Below are positions 9,212-18,679 of a stretch of 53,769 nucleotides of DNA, piece by piece. This DNA is from an uncultured bacterium (GTDB lineage Bacteria > Patescibacteriota > Minisyncoccia > Phycocordibacterales > Phycocordibacteraceae). Every line of letters begins with the position of its first letter. The first letter of the stretch is position 1. The stretch lies in assembly GCA_903994795.1 (NCBI GenBank), contig CAJEYI010000003.1, positions 1 through 53,769 on the forward strand. The letters are read 5' to 3'. The notes under the pieces were generated by a model. That model was not told the DNA's origin. It did no database searches and saw only the letters and a program-made list of their open reading frames with translations. The position numbers and the translations under genes were made by a program.

Positions 9212-12200
9212 ACACATATATGAAATATTCTAACGTGCTTTTCGTTGCATTGATGCTAGTAATTTTCGCTGGTTATCCTGCAACCACACATGCAGCTTTG
9301 ACTTCAACTGGTCTGAATTCACAAGCAAACCAAAAGTGCACAGGAAGTCTACTGAAGTCGTCTCTAACATCGACAGATGGAACCACAAATACTATTACTG
9401 TTGGGAATGGAACTGGCCAATTACCATCTGACTATGCAACATCTGGAAAGTATTGTATTCAAGAAACTGACCTGACGTCAAGCTGTAGTCTGGGCACAAC
9501 GGCTAATGCATTTGCTCTTTACAATACTTCTTCTACAATTATAAATAATGGAACAATATGTCCCGACCCTCCAAAAGGAAGCGGCGTTTCATATATAACT
9601 TACACCTACGCAACTCCGACGGTAACCCTTTCAGCAGCATCACCATCAATTACTGCAGGCGCTTCAGACCAGTTGACGTGGGGAGTGTCAGGTGTGCCGT
9701 CAGCGACATGTACAGGTACAGGCACAGGTTTCACTACAGGTAGCGGCATGTCTGGAGTAGTATCAGTAACACCCTCAACAACGACAACCTACTCCGTAAG
9801 TTGTACATACGCTGGATCGACTTCTTCAGCGAGTGCAACTGTCACTGTGTATCCAGTCTTAAGTGCTTCGGGAGTATCGTGTACCGTTTCCTCAACGCAC
9901 AATCCAACACTTATGCAACAACTAGTTAGTTGGAGTGCGACTATCACAAGTGGTACGCCACCATACACATATCTTTGGGGAGGAGATGGTGCACTTGCGG
10001 GCAGTACCACATCTAATCCCTCGGTCTCATACTTGTCAGGTGGTGTAAAGTCAGGGACGGTGCGAATAACGGATTCTTCGTCATCAAAAACAACAAGTGT
10101 GCAGACGACTCAAATACAACCTGGTCAATGTACAGGAAGTCTAACCGGATACTCTTTCACAGATACACAAGATGGAGCTACTACAGGTGGATATGGTCCA
10201 GGTGGATATGGTCCAGTAGTAATGCAAAATGCAGCAGATGCTTTTTCAGACGTCGGACTTGGATGGCCAGCTGATTTTTACGCAAATCCTCAAAACTATT
10301 GTGTGCAAGCATTAGATCGGTTAATTGGGTGTGGACAATTGGCTTGTTCTTACCAGCTGAAGATACAGTTATATAGTACAAATGCAACAATTCCTTCATC
10401 AGGAGGTACTCAAATAGGTGCTGTTACCGGAACCTTTGGATCTGGTGCTCCAAGTGTTGTACAGATATGTTCGCCAACACTTACTGTAAACTCTGCACCT
10501 TCAGCACCTGCTCTTGTTTGCCCTACTAGTGCAGTGGTAGGTTATCCCGCGTCTACTACTGCCACCGCAGTTGATGTGGATGGTGACACCATTCGCTATG
10601 GGGTGAGTTGGACTAATGGCTCAACTATGGACTCGTGGCTACCAGCTGGAAATACATACGTTCCTAGTGGTACTCCACAAACATTTACACACACATGGAA
10701 CACACCCGGAACATACACAATTGGTTTACTTGCTCAAGATGTAAACGGACAAAACAGCACGACTACTACCTGCACAATTAACGTCACTAATCCATCCAAC
10801 CTTACACCAACAAACCTTTCTCCAATTCCACCACAAGGAGGAACAAATGTACTATTTATTGGATCAATTAGAAATACTGGTGGTGATGCAGCAGCATTTC
10901 CATCGCAGTTGTTTATTTGTAAATCTGGCGATACTGCCTGCGAAGCGCAGACCACAAGCATTACAAATACAGTTCAAAACATATCAATGGGAAACCCTTC
11001 TTTTTTTGATAAACTAAAAGGAAGCCTATTTGCGTTCCTCGGTACTTCTCATGCTCGTGCCGATGCTGTAACTCAAATACAACTTGCTGCTACAGCAATA
11101 GCTGGTAGCACAACAGGAACTCAGACAGCACAAACAACTTGGGCAGCCCCAGCTTCAGGTGGAAGTTACGAATATAAATTATGTGCAGACTCAGACGCAA
11201 CTGGAAATATTATCGTCCCGGTTACAAGTCGCTCAGCACTTTGTGGCACATGGACAAGCATGCCCGTCACACTTGCCGCAGCTCTGACAGCAGCAGATGC
11301 AACTCCTATATCTGCTGTAGCCGGACAAGCAATTACTGTCACAGGCCTTGCAAAGAATATAGGCTTAGTTGCATCAGATGCTAGTCAGAGAGGTTTCTGG
11401 AATAATTTCCAAGTTTGTGATCCTACAAGTGCAGGTAGCAAAGGGAATATAAATGGAAACTGTACCGTTTATAACTACTTGAACGGTGGTGAAACAGGTG
11501 GGTATTGGGTTAATGGTTCAGTTCCAGCAGGTGGTACTACACCACTTACATACAGTTTTACTCCTCCTGCTACACAGCCATATGTAAGCCTTGAGAGAGA
11601 AATGAACACTAATTTTGCAATGCTTATCAAGAAGCCATCGCTCTCACATGTCCTCTCAGTCGTACAGACATTCTTTAAACAAGTTATTACCCCTGCTCAT
11701 GTGTATGCATCTGGTGGTAGCTATACACTTGCATATCGTTGGTGCGCTGATGAAAACACACTATGGGACCCAACTATAAATGTTTCTAACTCCGGCACAC
11801 AATGCGGAGGTTGGGGTACCATGACTGTCGCCTTGCCTACAGTATCATGTACTGCTGATACACCATCCCCATCGTCTGCGGTTGTTGCTCAGCAAGTTAC
11901 ATGGAAAGCAGGAACTGCCACAGGTTTCGCTAGTACTCCTACGTACACATGGAGTGATGGTGGGATTCTGGGCGGATACAGTGGTGCTATTGGTGGAAAT
12001 ACAGGCTCTACATATACCAATTACTACAAAACAGGCGGCGCCGGCTACTACGTCACACTCGTAGGAACACTGGGTGGCTCATCGGCTAGCCAGCAGTGCC
12101 CGATAGTCACAGTCACCGCCCCAACCGTCACTCTCACTGCCACACCAAACCGTGTCCAAAAAAATACAGCAGGAGTAGTGCTCACCTGGACTTCAGCAAA

Positions 12201-12423
12201 TCTCACTGACTCGTATGACACCTGTACGCTCTCTGGAAATGGTAATTCCTGGACAAGCCTCCCAAGTACAAGCACGTCAGGAACACAAAAAACTGACCCT
12301 AATGCCGTTACTGCACAGACTACCTATACCATCACCTGTCACTCAGGTACCAATGCTCGACCAGGTACAGATGTCTCTGGTACAGCTACAGTGAATATTG
12401 TCCCAGTCATCTCGAATTTCTAG
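9208..12423 (+). CDS. Large secreted Thr/Ser/Gly-rich surface protein with Ig-like/PKD/CARDB-like domains
   Basis: Signal peptide ending THA; repeated TLTW..C / TTYTITC Ig motifs, HTWNTPGTYTI PKD motif, paired Cys. Confidence 0.85.
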   Translation: MNTYMKYSNVLFVALMLVIFAGYPATTHAALTSTGLNSQANQKCTGSLLKSSLTSTDGTTNTITVGNGTGQLPSDYATSGKYCIQETDLTSSCSLGTTANAFALYNTSSTIINNGTICPDPPKGSGVSYITYTYATPTVTLSAASPSITAGASDQLTWGVSGVPSATCTGTGTGFTTGSGMSGVVSVTPSTTTTYSVSCTYAGSTSSASATVTVYPVLSASGVSCTVSSTHNPTLMQQLVSWSATITSGTPPYTYLWGGDGALAGSTTSNPSVSYLSGGVKSGTVRITDSSSSKTTSVQTTQIQPGQCTGSLTGYSFTDTQDGATTGGYGPGGYGPVVMQNAADAFSDVGLGWPADFYANPQNYCVQALDRLIGCGQLACSYQLKIQLYSTNATIPSSGGTQIGAVTGTFGSGAPSVVQICSPTLTVNSAPSAPALVCPTSAVVGYPASTTATAVDVDGDTIRYGVSWTNGSTMDSWLPAGNTYVPSGTPQTFTHTWNTPGTYTIGLLAQDVNGQNSTTTTCTINVTNPSNLTPTNLSPIPPQGGTNVLFIGSIRNTGGDAAAFPSQLFICKSGDTACEAQTTSITNTVQNISMGNPSFFDKLKGSLFAFLGTSHARADAVTQIQLAATAIAGSTTGTQTAQTTWAAPASGGSYEYKLCADSDATGNIIVPVTSRSALCGTWTSMPVTLAAALTAADATPISAVAGQAITVTGLAKNIGLVASDASQRGFWNNFQVCDPTSAGSKGNINGNCTVYNYLNGGETGGYWVNGSVPAGGTTPLTYSFTPPATQPYVSLEREMNTNFAMLIKKPSLSHVLSVVQTFFKQVITPAHVYASGGSYTLAYRWCADENTLWDPTINVSNSGTQCGGWGTMTVALPTVSCTADTPSPSSAVVAQQVTWKAGTATGFASTPTYTWSDGGILGGYSGAIGGNTGSTYTNYYKTGGAGYYVTLVGTLGGSSASQQCPIVTVTAPTVTLTATPNRVQKNTAGVVLTWTSANLTDSYDTCTLSGNGNSWTSLPSTSTSGTQKTDPNAVTAQTTYTITCHSGTNARPGTDVSGTATVNIVPVISNF

Positions 12424-12478
12424 TGACATTGCCCCAAAAGTTGCTCCGTGACACCGTATCTGGTATAGTGTTTTCAAC

Positions 12479-12739
12479 ATGAAAAAAGATATTCACCCAG
12501 CAGATTACCGTCTAGTTATCTTCGAGGATATGGCTTCTGGAGCCCAGTTCCTTATTGGTTCTACTATTCGTACTTCAGAAACAGGTACATTCAAGGAAGA
12601 CGGCAAGGAATACCCAAAGTACGTAGTGGAAATTTCAAGCAAATCCCACCCATTCTACACAGGTGAAGATCGTACGCTCGATAAGACAGGACGAGTTGAG
12701 AAGTTTAAGCAGAGAGCAGCAGCCGCAAAAAAGAAGTAA
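12479..12739 (+). CDS. rpmE: 50S ribosomal protein L31 type B (Cys-free)
   Basis: MKKDIHP..Y, EISSKSHPFYTG, GRVEKF. Confidence 0.95.
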   Translation: MKKDIHPADYRLVIFEDMASGAQFLIGSTIRTSETGTFKEDGKEYPKYVVEISSKSHPFYTGEDRTLDKTGRVEKFKQRAAAAKKK

Positions 12740-12769
12740 ACAAAAAGACCGCGGAAGCGGTCTTTTTGT
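12740..12769 (+). terminator. Intrinsic terminator after rpmE
   Basis: ACAAAAAGACCGC-GGAA-GCGGTCTTTTTGT. Confidence 0.8.
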
Positions 12770-12809
12770 GTAAGTATCAAATAGTTCTGAGTTTTGGTAC
12801 TATAGCTAA

Positions 12810-13766
12810 ATGATTGAGTATAATTCTGAATATAAAGTAAACCATAAGACCGCATACTTCGCGGAAGAATATGAGCGCCTAGGCGCGGAACTCGCTGGTG
12901 CTCGTGAGAGCGCTGGAAGTGATCCAGAACTCATGGCAATGGCTGAGGAGGATGCTGTTCGTATCCAGACCCGTCAGCAGGAGCTACTTGCCGAAATTGA
13001 AAGAATTCTAGACAAGGATAAAGAAGAGGCAGAAAAACCAAAGGCCATTGTGCTGGAATTCCGTGCTGGTGCAGGAGGCGATGAGGCGACACTTTTCGCA
13101 CAGGATTTGAAACAAATGTATGAGAAGTATGGAGAAGCTAAGGGTTGGAGAGTAAAAGTATTGGATGAGCTCACACTTGAAATTCAGGGTGCTGACGCAT
13201 GGGAAGCACTTCGTTATGAGACAGGCGTGCACCGAGTACAGCGTGTGCCGGCAACAGAAAAGACCGGACGAATTCATACATCAACTGCTTCGGTGGCTGC
13301 ACTACCGATTCGTACGAAGCCTACGTTTGTCATTAATCCCGCAGATATAGAAATGGAATTTTCAAGAAGCGGGGGAGCAGGAGGACAAAATGTGAACAAG
13401 GTAGAAAGCGCAGTGCGACTTATACATAAGCCGACTGGCATAGATGTTCGCGCTACAAGCGAGCGAACCCAAATAGGGAACAGAGAAGCTGCCATGAGTC
13501 TTCTCTCTGCCAAGCTCGAAGCGCTCGCCATAGAAGAAGAGGCGAAGAAGCATTCTGCTGACCGAAAGTCGCAAATTGGAACCGCTGACCGATCAGAAAA
13601 GATCCGCACTTATAATTTCCTGCAGGATCGTGTGACTGACCATCGTCTCAAAGAGTCGTGGCATAATCTGCCTAAAATCATGCTTGGAGGAATTGATCCT
13701 ATTGTGGATGCCCTTGCGAAAGCTGCTGCGGAGGGAGGTGTGGGTTCTGCTGAGGACAGCGACTAA
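12810..13766 (+). CDS. prfA: Peptide chain release factor 1 (short N-terminal domain)
   Basis: [10 protein letters not shown] (PxT, RF1-type), GGQ motif, [11 protein letters not shown]. Confidence 0.95.
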   Translation: MIEYNSEYKVNHKTAYFAEEYERLGAELAGARESAGSDPELMAMAEEDAVRIQTRQQELLAEIERILDKDKEEAEKPKAIVLEFRAGAGGDEATLFAQDLKQMYEKYGEAKGWRVKVLDELTLEIQGADAWEALRYETGVHRVQRVPATEKTGRIHTSTASVAALPIRTKPTFVINPADIEMEFSRSGGAGGQNVNKVESAVRLIHKPTGIDVRATSERTQIGNREAAMSLLSAKLEALAIEEEAKKHSADRKSQIGTADRSEKIRTYNFLQDRVTDHRLKESWHNLPKIMLGGIDPIVDALAKAAAEGGVGSAEDSD

Positions 13767-13767
13767 A

Positions 13768-13807
13768 ATTCAAAAAATCCCTCAAATGAATGAAGGATTT
13801 TTTGAAT
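13768..13807. terminator. Probably bidirectional terminator after prfA
   Basis: ATTCAAAAAATCCCTCA / TGAAGGATTTTTTGAAT inverted repeat. Confidence 0.65.
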
Positions 13808-13884
13808 ATGTGTTTCGTCTTTGGACGATACAAGCTTTCGCTCGCAGACATGTCTATAGTATATAAGTCTATTATAAATAGTCA

Positions 13885-13941
13885 AAAACTCAGAAAAACT
13901 TTAGAACACTTTGAAGATTATTTCATCACTGAAATTATAAT
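13885..13941 (+). promoter_or_regulatory. Repeated promoter module, copy 1
   Basis: AAAACTCAGAAAAACTTTAGAAC (13885-13907), TTATTTCATC 10 nt later, TATAAT at 13936-13941. Confidence 0.8.
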
Positions 13942-13949
13942 ATGAATTG

Positions 13950-14261
13950 ATGCAGGTAATTACTCATTCTTCAGTCAAAGATTTTTTCTTGAAGTTAGAT
14001 AGCGTAGTTAGTGTCAAAGTTGATAAGTTAGTTCATCGCCTGAAAATTTATAGAAGAGAATTGCACATGCCTGACGCTAAGCCAATTGGATCTGGACTAT
14101 GGGAATTACGAAGCAGAGGACACCCAGCAATTCGAATTATTTATGGATTTTACGAAGATAAAGCAATATTGTTATTTGCATTCAAGAAGCAGGCTAATGC
14201 AATAAGGTCTCACGATTTAGCATTGGCACGAAATAGATTTAATAAGTTTTGCGATAAATAA
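13950..14261 (+). CDS. RelE/ParE-superfamily (HigB/Gp49-like) toxin
   Basis: MPDAKPIGSGLWELR, RIIYGF, LLFAFKKQ, LALARNR; AT-rich. Confidence 0.85.
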   Translation: MQVITHSSVKDFFLKLDSVVSVKVDKLVHRLKIYRRELHMPDAKPIGSGLWELRSRGHPAIRIIYGFYEDKAILLFAFKKQANAIRSHDLALARNRFNKFCDK

Positions 14262-14282
14262 TCTAACTGATATTATGCATAT

Positions 14283-14477
14283 ATGAACAAAGATGAATTT
14301 ATTCCTTTCTCAGAAATACATGATAGAGCAATGCTAGATCCTGAATTTCGCAGATTATATGAATTACCTGACGAAGAAGATTTGGCCATGCGAGCATTCA
14401 TGGATGCAAGAATCGAGGCTAAGAAAATGAAGGAGAATCAACTTCGTGCTTCAGGATCACCGCAGTTTGCCACCTAG
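14283..14477 (+). CDS. HigA-like antitoxin N-terminal part, lacking the HTH
   Basis: MLDPEFRRLYE...ARIE resembles the N-terminus of XRE-type antitoxins that follow Gp49-like toxins; it ends before any HTH. Confidence 0.6.
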   Translation: MNKDEFIPFSEIHDRAMLDPEFRRLYELPDEEDLAMRAFMDARIEAKKMKENQLRASGSPQFAT

Positions 14478-14501
14478 AAAAGCCTGTGGTATCTTCTATC
14501 T

Positions 14502-15203
14502 ATGACTACCGATACATCGGCGCGTGCTAATGTTGAACGCCTCTTTAAGACAGGCGCTCATTTTGCACAGCTAAAAAGCCGCCGCCACCCTTCAATGAAG
14601 CCGTTTGTTATAGGATCTAAATCAAAAGTCGAGATTTTCGACCTTGCAAAGACCGATGCCCAGCTTCAGGCTGCAAAGGAGACCATGAAGGCTCTAGGAA
14701 GAGACGGAAAGCTTGTGCTTTTCGTGGGGGGAAAAAGTGAGGTTGGGCCAGCTATTAAGGATGTAGCAAATAGAATTGGACAGCCATATGTAGCTGGACG
14801 ATGGCTCGGAGGAACTATCTCAAACTTCGTTGAAATCAAGAAGCGAATCGACCGGCTTGCTGATCTCGTGCAGAAGCGCGATTCTGGTGAGCTTGCAAAG
14901 ATGTACACAAAACTTGAGCGCGTATTCATCGACCGAGAGATTGAACGTCTTGAAACTCGTCTCGGAGGAATTTCACAGCTTACTCGAAAGCCGGATGCAT
15001 TTGTTATTGTAGACACTCGTCACGAATCACATGCTACAAAGGAGGCTCGTGACGCGCGCATTCCAGTTATTGGTGTAATGAGTTCAGACTGCGACTTGAG
15101 CGATGCTGCATATCCTGTGGTAGTAAATGACGCATCACGTGAGACAGTGAAGCTTGTTCTTGGAGAGCTTTCTGATGCGTACGACGAAGGTCGCAAGGCG
15201 TAA
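14502..15203 (+). CDS. rpsB: 30S ribosomal protein S2
   Basis: GAHF, HPSMKPF, RWLGGTISNF, LGGI, NDAS; upstream of tsf. Confidence 0.97.
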   Translation: MTTDTSARANVERLFKTGAHFAQLKSRRHPSMKPFVIGSKSKVEIFDLAKTDAQLQAAKETMKALGRDGKLVLFVGGKSEVGPAIKDVANRIGQPYVAGRWLGGTISNFVEIKKRIDRLADLVQKRDSGELAKMYTKLERVFIDREIERLETRLGGISQLTRKPDAFVIVDTRHESHATKEARDARIPVIGVMSSDCDLSDAAYPVVVNDASRETVKLVLGELSDAYDEGRKA

Positions 15204-15337
15204 GTAAGTGGCGCGTCGCGAAAAGTTCCTGTGAGGCTCGGTGCGGGACCCAGGAATATTTTAAGGTCATCTCGCAATTCAGACCAAAATATTCCATCCC
15301 TGCGCCTCGCTTCTCGGAAGCCTTTCGCTTTGCTTAC
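15204..15337 (-). repeat. Long imperfect hairpin element between rpsB and tsf (possible distant relative of family A)
   Basis: Nested stems GCGAAA/TTTCGC, GAGGC/GCCTC, GGAATATTTT/AAAATATTCC; minus strand begins AAGGCTTCCG like family A. Confidence 0.55.
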
Positions 15338-15412
15338 ACACATACGCTTGTCGAGATCCTCGCGAAGCGCAGCATATTTTAGTACAATTAAAACATAAGT
15401 AATTTTAACGAC

Positions 15413-15997
15413 ATGGAAATCACAACTGACACAATTAAGGTTCTTCGAGACAAGACTGGTGTATCTATCATGCAGTGCAAAAAGGCACTCGAAGAAGCGG
15501 AGGGCGACATGGACAAAGCTGAAGTAATTCTTCGCAAACGTTCAGGTGCTGCCGCAGATAAGAAGGCTGACCGTGAGCTCGGTGCTGGCGCAATTGGTGT
15601 ATATGTCCACGAAGGAGCTATTGGTGCCATGGTGCTTCTTTCTTGTGAGACAGACTTTGTTGCTCGCAATGAAGAATTCCCGGTGCTAGCGCGTGAAATC
15701 GCAATGCAGGTAGCTGCAACAAACCCTACATACCTTTCAGATGCTGAAATCGCTCCTGAGGCACTTGAGGCGGCAAAGGCAGTCTTCCAGGCAGAAGTTG
15801 CTGATAAACCAGCTGAGATGCAGGAGAAGATCCTAGAAGGAAAGATGGCTTCATACTTTAAGGATCAGGTTCTTATGAATCAGCCCTTTATTAAGGACGA
15901 AGGAAAGACTATTCGCGATCTCATCACAGAGGCTTCTCAGAAGTTTGGTGAGCGTGTGGAAGTGTCGAAGTTTGTACGCCTCTCAGCACGAGGTTAG
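15413..15997 (+). CDS. tsf: Elongation factor Ts (short form)
   Basis: LRDKTG..MQCKKAL, CETDFVARNEEF, AMQVAA. Confidence 0.97.
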   Translation: MEITTDTIKVLRDKTGVSIMQCKKALEEAEGDMDKAEVILRKRSGAAADKKADRELGAGAIGVYVHEGAIGAMVLLSCETDFVARNEEFPVLAREIAMQVAATNPTYLSDAEIAPEALEAAKAVFQAEVADKPAEMQEKILEGKMASYFKDQVLMNQPFIKDEGKTIRDLITEASQKFGERVEVSKFVRLSARG

Positions 15998-16002
15998 TCT
16001 CA

Positions 16003-16416
16003 ATGCTTTATCTCATACTAATTCTCGCCAGTATCGGACTATTTGCAGCGTTCCTCGGACTAACCGTTCTTGAGGCCCGTTCTGGCACTCGAGTGCTCGC
16101 TTCACAACGCACAAAGCTCGATAAAATCATCGCTCAGTATACGTTTATAGCAAAACACGTAGATTGGGGAGCTTTTGTGAAAAGCGCCCTCCAGAGCGCA
16201 TTTGAGCGGGTTATACACGATGTTGCACAGGTAAGTCTTATTTGTGTGCGGTTCCTTGAGCGTCAGCTCACAGGGCTTATTCGCACTCTCCGTACTCGCC
16301 GACCAAACATGCTAGCACCGAAGCCATCTCGCACTCCTATGCTCGTGCAGATGAGTCGGTTCGTACGTAGACGACTTAGGATCTTGGGAAAAAAGCTAGA
16401 ACACGACGAGTTCTAG
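16003..16416 (+). CDS. Hypothetical membrane protein
   Basis: N-terminal TM and basic C-terminal part; directly follows tsf. Confidence 0.7.
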   Translation: MLYLILILASIGLFAAFLGLTVLEARSGTRVLASQRTKLDKIIAQYTFIAKHVDWGAFVKSALQSAFERVIHDVAQVSLICVRFLERQLTGLIRTLRTRRPNMLAPKPSRTPMLVQMSRFVRRRLRILGKKLEHDEF

Positions 16417-16461
16417 GAAATTTTGCTCCTTTTCAAAGGAGATGATATTGTAGGTACTATT

Positions 16462-16537
16462 GCCGCCTTAGCTCAGTTGGTAGAGCAACACTTTTGTAAA
16501 GTGAAGGTCCCCAGTCCGAATCTGGGAGGCGGCTCCA
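16462..16537 (+). tRNA. tRNA-Thr(UGU), CCA encoded
   Basis: GCCGCCT/AGGCGGC acceptor stem, GCTC-AGTTGGTA-GAGC D arm, loop TTTGTAA, CCCAG-TCCGAAT-CTGGG T arm, TCCA end. Confidence 0.93.
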
Positions 16538-16543
16538 AATCGT

Positions 16544-17248
16544 TTATTTCTTGGTAGCTTTTGTGCTTGTAGCAGCAGTGCTTGTCGCGAATAGTGACGC
16601 AGGGAAGTTCTTCTGGAAATCAGTGAGGTTCGTAAAACCATAGTACTGTTTGTGATTAATAACGAATGCAGGAAACTGAGGCTGTATTTTTTCCACCTGC
16701 TCAAGTGTCTTGAGTGCTCCGAGGTTGAGATTGTAATCGAAGGAATACACGCGGATAGATGGATACGTTTGACGAAGGTAGGAAAGTGCATAGCTCGCTC
16801 GGTCACAGGTATCCTTACACTCGCCAGAGTTTGTGTAGAAGTAGAGAACGACAGTTGGGTTTAAGTGACATGTCTTCGCGAGTTGTTGAGTCAGGATATA
16901 GTCTCGGATTTCGAGGAGTGTGTACTGGTTTTTTAACTGCACAACCTGTGGGTCTTTAATGCCGAGTTTGTCTTCGGTGTATGAGAGTTTATCTCCGATG
17001 TCACTTACTTCTTGTGAAAGGAGCGTGTCTTCAGTTGAGGATCCTTGTGTGAAGTTTTCACATGGAGCGTTTTCTAGAAGTGCATACTGAGTTTCAACAG
17101 AGAGGGTTTCAGTTGAAAGTTGATTCTCGATAGTGCTAAGTTCTGCTACGCGCTTTTGATTTAGATAATTGATAGCGTAGACAACTGTGCTAATAAGCAC
17201 AACAGTGATAACAAATGAAATGATGATGTTTCGGTTTAGGATAGACAT
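16544..17248 (-). CDS. Membrane-anchored protein with coiled coil and thioredoxin-like C-terminal domain
   Basis: N-terminal TM; VVLYFY...CKDTC...IRVYSFD...FPAFVIN resembles a Trx fold. Confidence 0.7.
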   Translation of the reverse strand: MSILNRNIIISFVITVVLISTVVYAINYLNQKRVAELSTIENQLSTETLSVETQYALLENAPCENFTQGSSTEDTLLSQEVSDIGDKLSYTEDKLGIKDPQVVQLKNQYTLLEIRDYILTQQLAKTCHLNPTVVLYFYTNSGECKDTCDRASYALSYLRQTYPSIRVYSFDYNLNLGALKTLEQVEKIQPQFPAFVINHKQYYGFTNLTDFQKNFPASLFATSTAATSTKATKK

Positions 17249-17286
17249 AACTGTAATTATTTAAATAAATCGTACCATACTCGCTG

Positions 17287-18528
17287 CTACCTCCATGCAC
17301 GACGAGTTCCTGTAAAGAGGTCGTATGCGGAGCGTATGAGCCAAAATGGGGCAATAAAACCATATAGGAACAGGTAGGTAACAATGCCGATAAAGAGGTC
17401 GCCAGGAGTTTTGGAGATTTTCTTCCCCAGAAGCATGATTGCCACTCCGCATGTCAGTGTAAACACACTAAGGACGAGTAGCGCTGTAAGTGGTACGTAG
17501 AACCACGAGAATTCAGTGAAGTGCGGCATAAGTGTGTATGAGAGAGGAACGCCAGAAGTAATCGTGTAGCGCTTCACGATATTGATAATGAATTGTGCAA
17601 TGATCACAACAAACATAAGTATGCCGCTTACGTTTGCAAGGAGGCCTAATGGAAGCATGATGATACCAAGTGTGCCGAATTTCGGATTACCTATCATGTC
17701 GTTATAGTCGTAGATCACATTTCGAAGGAATCCTGTGGTCCAGCGGGTACGCTGCTTTATAAGCGCAGGAATGGACTTCGGTGTCTTTGTGTATACGCGA
17801 GCTCGTGGCGCATTTTCTATAAGGAAGCCAGCGCGCTGCATGCGGAGGGCCATTTCAAGGTCTTCGGTGTTGTGGCCTTTGTGGAAACCGCCGACGGAGA
17901 GAATCATATCTCGACGATAAAACGAAAATGGTCCAGGTGTCACATAGAGACCATTGAGCGAAGAAATAACGTGACGAAGTGTGATGCCGTGAATGTAGTC
18001 AGCGTGCTGCATTTTTTCAATCCAGAGCTTTGGTTCATGCACTGACATTGCGGCGGTGACAGCACCAACTTTAGGATCATCAAAATAGCCGATGATTTCT
18101 CGAAGTGCATCTGGTGCGACAAATGAGTCAGCGTCGAGGCATCCTACGAACTCTGCCTGTGGTGACATCTCGATTCCAAGATTCACTGCACTATGTTTTC
18201 CTCCGTTTTCTTTATGGATAACGGTAACCTGTGGGGTACCAATAAAGGTATCCATGACTTTGGCAGTGCCGTCAGTTGAACCATCATCGACGAGGACAAT
18301 GGTGAGGTTCTCTTGCGGGTAGTCGAGAGCCAGAAGCGAGTCGACTGTTCCTTTTATTGTGTGCTCTTCGTTCCAGCAAGGGACAATGATTGCGATGTTT
18401 GGTGTCTTTGTGGAAAGGGTCTGTGCGCGTCGAGTTTTCGCTGGTGCTGAGAGGAATGTCACTAGCAAAAACACCTCAAAAAAGATGGCAACGAATAGAA
18501 ACGGGTAGGTGAGTACCTCGAGAGACAT
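17287..18528 (-). CDS. GT2 processive membrane glycosyltransferase (PgaC/IcaA-like)
   Basis: IIVPCWNEE, DDGSTD, DADS, TED and QRTRW (QxxRW) motifs with flanking TMs; start set at ATG 18528. Confidence 0.92.
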   Translation of the reverse strand: MSLEVLTYPFLFVAIFFEVFLLVTFLSAPAKTRRAQTLSTKTPNIAIIVPCWNEEHTIKGTVDSLLALDYPQENLTIVLVDDGSTDGTAKVMDTFIGTPQVTVIHKENGGKHSAVNLGIEMSPQAEFVGCLDADSFVAPDALREIIGYFDDPKVGAVTAAMSVHEPKLWIEKMQHADYIHGITLRHVISSLNGLYVTPGPFSFYRRDMILSVGGFHKGHNTEDLEMALRMQRAGFLIENAPRARVYTKTPKSIPALIKQRTRWTTGFLRNVIYDYNDMIGNPKFGTLGIIMLPLGLLANVSGILMFVVIIAQFIINIVKRYTITSGVPLSYTLMPHFTEFSWFYVPLTALLVLSVFTLTCGVAIMLLGKKISKTPGDLFIGIVTYLFLYGFIAPFWLIRSAYDLFTGTRRAWR

Positions 18529-18564
18529 ATAGTGGGATTGTTGTGTAGTATAGCAAATTATCGT

Positions 18565-18679
18565 GAAAACCGCGAGATATGCTTTCAAAAGGTACGCCGT
18601 ATTTTTCTGCTGAAAAATCGTCTCGCCCTCGCGTCGTCACGCTCCGGAAGCCCTTTTGAAAGCACATCTCGCGGTTTTC
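18565..18679 (-). repeat. Palindromic intergenic element, family A copy 3 (reverse orientation, short variant)
   Basis: 28-bp inverted arms with one mismatch (G.T on the minus strand); minus-strand core GGGCTTCCGGA-GCGT gacg ACGC-GAGGGCGAG...TTTTTCAGCAGAAAAA...CGTACC. Confidence 0.85.
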
